A stretch of 64,000 bases of DNA from Candidatus Bathyarchaeota archaeon (GTDB lineage Archaea > Thermoproteota > Bathyarchaeia > Bathyarchaeales > Bathycorpusculaceae): NCBI GenBank assembly GCA_963702095.1, contig OY969706.1:2528001-2592000 (forward strand), in the 5' to 3' direction. Positions within the stretch are counted from its first letter, which is position 1. The number at the start of each line of letters is the position of its first letter. Shown here in pieces: positions 49,923 through 57,576 of this stretch. Both the position numbers and the translations under genes were made by a program. The notes under the pieces were generated by a model. It saw only the letters and a program-made list of their open reading frames with translations, ran no database searches and was not told where the DNA came from.

Positions 49923-50480
49923 CTATACAGTCTTTTTTAGTAGCTTAACCGTAATCAGTGTAACTCCGACTGCACATACAATGGCTCCAACCAGCAGAGC
50001 CCAGTAACCTAGCAACGGAAAATTCACAAGCATAGTGAACTGCTTTGGCCCATGCCAGGATTTAGTTGCCATTATGAGTACGTCTTTGGAGGCGCTGTCA
50101 AAACGGTTGTCGAACACGAAAAAATAGCTTCCGTTTTGAGGAACAGTCCAGTGTAGAGTCACATTTGGGGTTCTGCTATAGAAATGGTAGGTTGTTGTGT
50201 TGTCTTTGATCCAGAAGTCTACTTTGGCACCCAGAGACCGATTTGATTGAGGCTGCGTGATAACTCCGTTGATATTCAAATCATCGTTCTTGCTTAGATT
50301 CAACATGTAGCTTGCCATATCAGACCCTGGAAGTTCAAAAGCTTTGTTAAGCGCAAGGTCTGTTTGGGGCGTATCATTAGTGAAAGACTGCCAACGTGGA
50401 ATAGGGATGGCTGATAAACTTGCCACTACAATTCCTGCAATCAATAGTGCGATACCGAGGACGAGCGGGGCATTTTTCAA
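49923..50480 (-). CDS. membrane protein with GOLD/emp24-like beta domain
   Basis: N- and C-terminal TMs, G.Y.FVFDN...SK motif. Confidence 0.65.
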   Translation of the reverse strand: MKNAPLVLGIALLIAGIVVASLSAIPIPRWQSFTNDTPQTDLALNKAFELPGSDMASYMLNLSKNDDLNINGVITQPQSNRSLGAKVDFWIKDNTTTYHFYSRTPNVTLHWTVPQNGSYFFVFDNRFDSASKDVLIMATKSWHGPKQFTMLVNFPLLGYWALLVGAIVCAVGVTLITVKLLKKTV

Positions 50481-50572
50481 GGTTGACCATTTGAGGGGAA
50501 GCTTGTTTATGTATTAGAGACTTTCGGCACTTGTTAAATGCCAAGTTATGGCTTGTTGTATTGGAGATTGGT

Positions 50573-50713
50573 ATGTGGGTTTGCGCTAAATGGGGGTTTA
50601 AAGCTGAAGATAAATTGGCTAAGTGCCCAAAATGCGAGGGTACAAGCTGGAAAGAGGAGCCGGTTATGAAGATAGCGACGAAGAAGGTTCCGGCTTTTAA
50701 AACCCGCCGATAA
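50573..50713 (+). CDS. small rubredoxin-like Zn-ribbon protein
   Basis: GGAG RBS then MWVCAKWGF...CPKCEG; the first knuckle is CxxW instead of CxxC. Confidence 0.55.
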   Translation: MWVCAKWGFKAEDKLAKCPKCEGTSWKEEPVMKIATKKVPAFKTRR

Positions 50714-50719
50714 GATTGC

Positions 50720-50842
50720 GGCTTGCTGCACAACCAGCCTGCAACACAAACCAAACGCTGACGCAAAAAAGCAACCGCCTACACAATTGATTGGTTGTTG
50801 TTGTGTATAGGGGGTTTTCTGCAACAACTACTATAGAAAAAA
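50720..50842 (-). repeat. dispersed ~130-bp intergenic repeat, subfamily A copy
   Basis: Reverse complement ttttctatagtagttgttg-N18-caacaacaacca-N48-tgcaggctggttgtg; between convergent genes. Confidence 0.9.
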
Positions 50843-50861
50843 GACTTTTCTGTAAAAGGGG

Positions 50862-51942
50862 TTACTTGGGATAGTACCCGACAACCTTCAGGAATGCCTT
50901 TGTGAAGGAGCTTCTGCCATACTTCACATGGATAACCTGCAACATTTCCTTGATTGGAAACATAAAGTTGGCTGTCTTGTTTAGTTCATGGAAGGGTTTG
51001 CCCTTGAATTCGCCGTAGTTGTGGATGTAGAAAAGCATCGCCTGCTTCCGCGAGTAGAAGTGGGGAATATAGTTTTCTACGCCATATCTTCGGCAGACCC
51101 TGTCGAAGCGCACGTAGGTGGCGTAGAGGTATGATTCATCCATGTTGCCACAGGACGGAGCTAGTGGCCAGCCCCTCATAGAGGTAACTGTATTTCGACA
51201 GCAGCGGCTCCTGGCGGCACCGCAGAAAGTTCTTGAAGCGGTCCGTGCCACGCATGTCAAGCATACCGGTTAAAACGAATTGGGCGCCGGCTTTAGTTGC
51301 GGCTTCAATAACCCCCGACATGTTCTCTTCCGTGTCAGTCACGTAGGGGATAAGTGGAATCATCCAGAGCCCAACCGTTATGCCCCTATCCGACAGCGCC
51401 TTTATGACTTCAAGCCGCCTTTTGGGGGACGGCGCGTTTGGCTCCAAGGTTTTAGCTAATTTCTCGTCAAGCGTGGTTATGGTTATGGCGACGCAGCACC
51501 AGGATTTCTTAGACGCCTCCTCTAAAAGGTCGATGTCGCGTAGGATAAGGTCGGATTTGGTGCCGATGGCTATGGGCCAGCCGTTTTTGTTTAGGATTTG
51601 CAGGATTTGCCGTGTAATTTGGTATTTCTTTTCGGCTGGCTGGTAGGGGTCGGTGCTTAAGCTGAGCCGAACGACGCCTTTGCGTTTAAACTGGGAAAAC
51701 TCGTGAGCCAACACTTTTGGCGAGTTGGTCTTGGCGAAGACTGGAACACTGAATTCTTTGCAGCCCTCGAACTTCTGCGCTGCTGTGTGGCAGTAGAGGC
51801 AGTTGAATTCACAGTTGTTGTAGGGGTCAAAGCAGTAGCTTGCATAGAACTGGGTATTTAACAATCCAAAGGTGCCCAAGACACTTTTGCACTTGACTTC
51901 TTGATACTTTGGCGGTTCTGTGGACATTAAATCCCTTCCCAA
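50862..51942 (-). CDS. SplB/Rv2578c-like radical SAM protein (frameshifted at the C4 run near 51173)
   Basis: DPYNNCEFNCLYC, TDPYQPAE, TKS.LI.RD.D, LEP.AP.P..R; C-terminus continues in ORF 50862-51260. Confidence 0.82.
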
Positions 51943-51997
51943 ATCATAGATTAAACCTTATTAACTTTAGCTGTAAACTGCAATGGTTTCGGTGTGG

Positions 51998-53443
51998 TCA
52001 TGGTTTTCCCAGCAGAAACTTTACGGCTCTCTTGGGATCCCGGAATGCTTTGAGCACCTTCTCCGAAGTGATGGCATGGTTGATTAAGTGAGCTTTAGCG
52101 CAGAGTTCGCGGACCTCTTGGGGGGTGAAGTCGGGGGTTTCAATCAGCGGCTCCACCTCAGCCAAACTGGAATCACTAAACGTTTCCTTTAGGTAGCCGC
52201 CTTTGACGGCTTGGTCGTAGAGTTCAGTGCCATAAACAGGCATAGCAATACTGAAGTAGAATCGGTCAGCGCCGAGTTTACGCAGTTTGTAAGCATATGA
52301 GATGGTTTGGTTCATTTCATCCTTGGTTTCCCCGATGAGTCCCATCACAAAGAAGCAGCCCACTCTTATGCCGACTTTGCGGGCTAAAACCACAGCGTTC
52401 TCCACGTCGCTGAGCTTCTGGTTCTTTTTGATGACTTGGTCGACAACACGTTGCACGCCTGATTCTGGGGCGACACGGATTTTTTTGCAGCCTGACGCCT
52501 TCATTTTCCTCAGCAACGGTTCGTCGAGGGTGTCGGCGCGGACTCCGTTGGGCGTAAACCACTCGATGTGGAGGTCTTTTTTCACTATCAAATCAAAGAT
52601 TGCCGCCGCCCTTTTCGTGTCAAGGGTCATGTTGTCGTCGAAGAAGTCAATCTGCTTCACCCCATAAGTGTGGACTAACTGCTCGATTTCAGCGACCACA
52701 TTTTGGGGGCTTCTGCCACGCCATGTGCGTCCCATGACGTTGTGGATGGTGCAGAAGACACATTGGTTGGGACAGCCTCGGCTGGTTATCATCATGGACC
52801 ATGGCTTGCTTATTTCGCCTCGCAGAGGGTTTTCTTTGACCGCAGCAAAGTATTCTTTCATGGGCAAGAGGTGTCTTGCGGGGAAGGGCAAGCTGTCTAA
52901 GTCTTTGATAAGCGGCCTCGGCGGTGTGAGCATGGTTTTTCCGTCTTTAACAAAACCAAGTCCCCGAACGTCTGCGGGGTTTTTGCCCTGCTCCAGCGCA
53001 TCTGCGAGTTCGGCGACTGTCTGTTCGGGTTCGCCGACCACGGCAAAATCGATGTTATGGTCCTCAAGGCACTCTTTGGGCCGCACAGACGGATGCAATC
53101 CGGTCAATAGGGTTGTGGTGTCTTTGTTGACCTCTTTAACAGCTGAGATAACCTCGTTTATTGAGATCCACCAGCCCGAAAAAGGCACCGTCACGCCAAC
53201 CATGTCAGGCGACCACGCTTTAACTTTGGCGGCGATTTCCTCGTTACACAAGCCCTGACGGTACTTTAGTCCGCCGATGTCTTCGAGGTTCCGCCACCCC
53301 TCTGTTGGCGCGTCAATAACTTGGACTTTATGGTTTTTTTCGAGCACCGCTGCTATGTACGCTATTTCGAGCGGTTGAAAAACGCTGGGTTTGCCCCAGA
53401 GTTTGGGGTGAATGCGGGGTGGATTGATGAGACAAACACGCAT
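51998..53443 (-). CDS. cobalamin-binding radical SAM protein #5
   Basis: LINPP, PLEIAYIAA, GLHPS, GEPE, SRGCPNQCVFC, DDN, PNGVRAD, APESG. Confidence 0.92.
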   Translation of the reverse strand: MRVCLINPPRIHPKLWGKPSVFQPLEIAYIAAVLEKNHKVQVIDAPTEGWRNLEDIGGLKYRQGLCNEEIAAKVKAWSPDMVGVTVPFSGWWISINEVISAVKEVNKDTTTLLTGLHPSVRPKECLEDHNIDFAVVGEPEQTVAELADALEQGKNPADVRGLGFVKDGKTMLTPPRPLIKDLDSLPFPARHLLPMKEYFAAVKENPLRGEISKPWSMMITSRGCPNQCVFCTIHNVMGRTWRGRSPQNVVAEIEQLVHTYGVKQIDFFDDNMTLDTKRAAAIFDLIVKKDLHIEWFTPNGVRADTLDEPLLRKMKASGCKKIRVAPESGVQRVVDQVIKKNQKLSDVENAVVLARKVGIRVGCFFVMGLIGETKDEMNQTISYAYKLRKLGADRFYFSIAMPVYGTELYDQAVKGGYLKETFSDSSLAEVEPLIETPDFTPQEVRELCAKAHLINHAITSEKVLKAFRDPKRAVKFLLGKP

Positions 53444-53531
53444 CTGTGGGGTACACGCTCTTTCGGTGCCGAGGTTACGGGAAAAAGGGTGTTGCCGCGA
53501 TTAATAGCTTCCGAAAAAACTCGCCCTGCAC

Positions 53532-54527
53532 TTAGATTGGGAAGAAGAACAGCCGAGTGAACACCAACACAGGCAAAAACAAAAGCACACACAGCACAAT
53601 TGTCATGTCGCGGATTTTTAGCGCCTCGAGGATTTTGTCGCCCGTTAAGGGTTCGTCGGGGTCGCCTAAGATGTATCGGTCAGGTTTCACCAGTTGCACC
53701 CGCAAAGCACCTGCCGTTGCCGCCATGGGCCAACCGTGGTTTCGACTCTGCGTTTTGCCGTTGTCCCGCTTCGCAATGCGCCAAGCATTCCTGTAATCAT
53801 AACGCAGAAGCGCCGCTGAAGCAACTATCAGCAGTGCGGCTAGGCGCGTGGGGATATAGTTGACTACTGTGTCTAGGGTGGCGCTGAACCAGCCTGTGTT
53901 TATGTGCTCTGGGTCTTTGAAGCCCACCATGCCGTCGAGGGTGTTTATGGCGCGGAACGCGATGGCGCCTGTGACTCCGAAAAGCGAGAACGAAATTATC
54001 GGGGACATTTTAAAGTCGATCAGGTTCTCAGACATGGATTCGATGATGGCGGAGCCCATTTGCTGGGCGTTTAAGTGGCTTGAATCACGCCTTGAGAAGT
54101 GAGCATATTTTTTGGCTTCTTGGGCGTCATTGGAGTCGATGGCTTTTGCAGCTGCTTTTGCCCAGTCAGTTTCCAGTTTTATGCAGATGGTGGCTTTAAG
54201 CAGGATTATGCCTATGAAGGCATAGAGGAAAATGCTCAAGGCGGCTACGGTGATGTAGCTGCGGATTGCCCACAGCACCAAAAAAGTGGGCACAGCAAAA
54301 ACAGCAATCACTGTTAAGCCCAAGAGTACGCCTAGGAACTTTTCGGTTTGGGGGTTGGGGTTTTTGAAGGCGGGCTCGATTTTTTTTGTGAAATTACCCA
54401 TCAAAACCGTTGGGTGCAACTTGAACAGTAGGCGGTCGGGGTTGTTGGGGGATGGGTCGCCAAGAATGAGGTCTAGTGCTATTGCGAGAACCAGCATGAC
54501 GATGGCGACCAACACGTCTGTTAGCAA
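53532..54527 (-). CDS. cbiB: adenosylcobinamide-phosphate synthase CbiB
   Basis: LD..LGDP, HP, ES.SEN, INTLDGMVG, LD.V.NYIP.R, N.GWP. Confidence 0.85.
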   Translation of the reverse strand: MLTDVLVAIVMLVLAIALDLILGDPSPNNPDRLLFKLHPTVLMGNFTKKIEPAFKNPNPQTEKFLGVLLGLTVIAVFAVPTFLVLWAIRSYITVAALSIFLYAFIGIILLKATICIKLETDWAKAAAKAIDSNDAQEAKKYAHFSRRDSSHLNAQQMGSAIIESMSENLIDFKMSPIISFSLFGVTGAIAFRAINTLDGMVGFKDPEHINTGWFSATLDTVVNYIPTRLAALLIVASAALLRYDYRNAWRIAKRDNGKTQSRNHGWPMAATAGALRVQLVKPDRYILGDPDEPLTGDKILEALKIRDMTIVLCVLLFLPVLVFTRLFFFPI

Positions 54528-54605
54528 GTTTTGGACCCAATAGTTCTTTGCTCCACTACTTCTGGGGAACAGTTAATATCGATTACGGTCACACAGTCTT
54601 GTCGG

Positions 54606-54736
54606 TTTTTCTAGTGTTAGATGAAGGCAAAGCCGCCCTTGCTCATCTTCTTCCAGCGGGTTTGACGGACGGCTTTGTTTTGCGTTCTGCAATGGAAATG
54701 GGTTGCTATTTGGTTGTGGGCAAATCCGCAAGCAGA
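54606..54736 (+). repeat. dispersed ~130-bp intergenic repeat, subfamily B copy
   Basis: Ungapped match to 5511-5642 and same ccagc...ggYt..gtttt...tgc...tggttgt...caagcaga spacing as subfamily A. Confidence 0.85.
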
Positions 54737-54865
54737 CCACACAAACACTTTTTTGATTTACCGATACAGGCTCAATGAGGATTAGCGGAGTGTTCCAGGG
54801 CTGGAACGTTTTGTTCCATGAGTAGAGCTATGAGCGGCAGCATGCTATGGAAATGCAGTGTCTCT

Positions 54866-55981
54866 ATGAATAGAACCTGGCTTCCAATCCTGCTTCTCCT
54901 GACCGCCATCATAGTGTCCGCTGTACCCGTGTATGCCCAAACCTCAACGGTGACCATCGATGGAAACGGCAATATTATCCCCTCAACCGTGGCAATACAG
55001 AAGGCTGGAAACGTCTACACCTTAACCGCCGACCTCGGGGATACCTCAATAGTCGTTTTGGCCAACGACATCGTAATCGACGGTGCCAACCATGCCCTTG
55101 CTGGACTAGGGTCAAAACAGAACAAGATAGCACTTAACCTAACCGCAACCAACGTCACTATCCAAAACCTCCACATCATCAACTGGAAGGCGGGGATACT
55201 GGGCGCATGGAACAACAATACAATCACAAGATGTACCTTAAGTGGCAACAGCCAAGCAATAGCAATCTACGGAAACGACTACATCATTCGTGGAAACGCC
55301 ATAATGGGCAGCGATAGGGCACTGCTTATCGACGGCGGAGCCATCCGACCGAAAGGCGACAGCAACCTCATATCAGAAAACTGCATCTCCGCCAACATTG
55401 AAGCGTTGGACGTTTTAAACAGCAACGGAACAACAATAACAGCAAACACCATAGCAGGCAACACCTACATCTTAACGTTAGCAACCAACACCCAAAACAC
55501 CATCCTGTTCCTCAACAACTTCACGGGCAACACACAGGTTTTGCACATTCCTTTTGGTGGACCCTTCATAGAGGGCGTGCCTACTTTTTCGCCAGCTGGG
55601 CAGTGGGATAATGGTTCTGTGGGGAATTACTGGAGCGACTACAAAACCCTTTACCCCAACGCAACCGAAGTCGGACACAGCGGAATAGGTAACACCGCCT
55701 ACACAATCACCGATAAAGTCCCCTATTCAAGTACACATGCGAACGGAATATCCAAATCGGGAATCGCTACCTTGGGAACGGCAGTCGACAACCACCCCTT
55801 TATCGACCCTATCGTGGTATCAACAGGCTTCTCTGATGCACAGCCGAATCCTTCGCCTACAGTTCCCGAGTTCCAGTACTGGATACTGCTGGTTACAGTA
55901 CTGCTGGCAGTCTACTCGGTAATCTTAGTTGCCTTACGGTACCCAAAACTTTTTGCGAAGCGCAAAAGCAAAAAGAGTTAG
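54866..55981 (+). CDS. NosD-like beta-helix surface protein with PEF-CTERM-type tail
   Basis: Signal peptide from MNRTWLP, IDGNG, WDNG..GNYWSDY, VPEF+TM+KRK. Confidence 0.85.
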   Translation: MNRTWLPILLLLTAIIVSAVPVYAQTSTVTIDGNGNIIPSTVAIQKAGNVYTLTADLGDTSIVVLANDIVIDGANHALAGLGSKQNKIALNLTATNVTIQNLHIINWKAGILGAWNNNTITRCTLSGNSQAIAIYGNDYIIRGNAIMGSDRALLIDGGAIRPKGDSNLISENCISANIEALDVLNSNGTTITANTIAGNTYILTLATNTQNTILFLNNFTGNTQVLHIPFGGPFIEGVPTFSPAGQWDNGSVGNYWSDYKTLYPNATEVGHSGIGNTAYTITDKVPYSSTHANGISKSGIATLGTAVDNHPFIDPIVVSTGFSDAQPNPSPTVPEFQYWILLVTVLLAVYSVILVALRYPKLFAKRKSKKS

Positions 55982-57528
55982 CTTACCACCTTGCCGTCGA
56001 CTATTACCATTTCTACCGCGATATCCTTGATGTGGCTGCTATGCACTTTCTCGGGGTCTTTGGAGAGAACCGTTAAGTCAGCAAGTTTGCCCTCTTCAAT
56101 CGAGCCCTTTAGCGTTTCTTCGCCTGAAACGTAAGCTGCATCCAAAGTGTACATTCTAAGCGCTTGCTCCACTGTAAGGCGCTGATCAACAAAGCAAGGT
56201 CGCTCCACAGCCTCCTGCATGCCCAACAGGGGACTCAATGGCTCCATAGGGCAGTCTGAGCCGCCGCCGATTTTGACGCCTGAGTCGAGGAGGGTTTTGA
56301 GGGGATGCAGCCACTTCGCCCGTTCCTCGCCCAAGTGCTCGATGGCGGACCAGACGGTGAACTCGGTTGTGACGACTTTGGGCTGGACGGTGACGACGAC
56401 GCCAAGCCGCTTGAGTTGTTCTAAAAGCTTGGGGTTTAGGAGTGCGGCTTGTTCAAGGCGGAAACGTGTACCATTCTGTTTGGGTGCTTGCTCAATAACT
56501 TTTAGTGCCATTAAGATGGCTTGGTCTCCCATCGCGTGAATAACAGGTTGATAACCCATCGCCAGCACTTCCTCGACTAAACTTGCCAACGCTTTCTCGC
56601 CGAAGCAGAGTTTGCCGCTGTTGTCTGGGTCGTCGCTGTAGGGTTCCGTCAGCGCCGCGGTTTTGGAGTCCAAGTAGCCGTCGGTGGCGATGAAGACGCC
56701 GCCCAGTCGCAGCATCAAAGGGTCATTTGAACTACGGAAACACGCAGTCCTCTTATGGAATTCTTGGGGCACAATAACGTTTACTCTAAGCGGCAGCTTG
56801 CCCTCGATATGCAGCCGCTGGATTATGGCTAATTCGGTTTCTGAGAGGATTATCCAGTGCACGCTGGTTAAACCCGCCTTGACCAACTCTTTGCAGGCGA
56901 CTGCTGTTGCCTCAGAGAGTTCATCAAGCGATGGTTCGGGGACTTTTTGCCACACAAGGTTAGTAGCGCTATCATGCAAGATGCCTGTGAGCTCACCTGA
57001 TTGGTCCTTGTCGATGCCGCCGCCCTCTGGGGTAGGAGTCTGTTTTGTCACTTGGGCTTTGGACAGTGCAAGGCTATTAACGGCACAGAGGTAGGCAGCT
57101 TCGTGGTAGAGGATAACGGGGTTGTCTGGCACAGCCCTATCTAAATCGGTGAGGTTTAGGAAGCGTTTTTCTCTGAAGCGTTTGTCGTTCCAGTTTCTAC
57201 CGATAATCCAGCCATCAGCCGGCAGTTTTTTCGCCTTCGCCTTCAGCATATCAGCTACGTCTTGGATAGATTCTGCCAGAGTTAGGTCAACCCAGAGGAG
57301 GCATCTGCCAAAATCCGCCACGTGAACATGGGTGTCGATTAAGCCGGGAACCACAGTTTTACCTTCTAAGCTAAGTACCGTGGTGTTTTCATCGATTAGC
57401 GAAGCGATTTCTGTGTTGCTGCCGACTTTGACGATTTTATTTTCGGCTACGGCAACTGCTTGGGCGCGGGGGTGTTTGGGGTTTAGGGTTTCGATGGTGG
57501 TGTTTATGAGGACTAAGTCGGCTGGCAA
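55978..57528 (-). CDS. amidohydrolase family 3 (YtcJ-like)
   Basis: PGLIDTHVH, NS.AL, HAMGD, GSD.P, GSIEEGKLADL. Confidence 0.88.
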   Translation of the reverse strand: MPADLVLINTTIETLNPKHPRAQAVAVAENKIVKVGSNTEIASLIDENTTVLSLEGKTVVPGLIDTHVHVADFGRCLLWVDLTLAESIQDVADMLKAKAKKLPADGWIIGRNWNDKRFREKRFLNLTDLDRAVPDNPVILYHEAAYLCAVNSLALSKAQVTKQTPTPEGGGIDKDQSGELTGILHDSATNLVWQKVPEPSLDELSEATAVACKELVKAGLTSVHWIILSETELAIIQRLHIEGKLPLRVNVIVPQEFHKRTACFRSSNDPLMLRLGGVFIATDGYLDSKTAALTEPYSDDPDNSGKLCFGEKALASLVEEVLAMGYQPVIHAMGDQAILMALKVIEQAPKQNGTRFRLEQAALLNPKLLEQLKRLGVVVTVQPKVVTTEFTVWSAIEHLGEERAKWLHPLKTLLDSGVKIGGGSDCPMEPLSPLLGMQEAVERPCFVDQRLTVEQALRMYTLDAAYVSGEETLKGSIEEGKLADLTVLSKDPEKVHSSHIKDIAVEMVIVDGKVVS

Positions 57529-57576
57529 ATCGGTGTTCCCACTTCGCCTATTGGGTGCTTGTGATAAAAGCTTTGC

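Noticed and set aside
50546-50827. Similar ORFs MLQKTPYTQQQP...CRLVV (also 63713-63922, 27922-28317, 54548-54778) as a protein family
   Set aside because: They are translations of the repeat in its sense frame; stop positions are unrelated, the 27.9-kb copy is frameshifted at its 5' end and the 5.5-kb copy has an in-frame TAG.
28701-51180. Programmed ribosomal frameshifting at the six broken genes
   Set aside because: No common slippery sequence or stimulatory hairpin, mixed indel directions, and the families involved are not known to be recoded.
54528-54800. Cobalamin riboswitch upstream of cbiB (also checked upstream of the cob operon, 15099-15390)
   Set aside because: No recognisable B12-box or GGGAA...GCCCCCGC core; the cbiB upstream region is occupied by a repeat copy.
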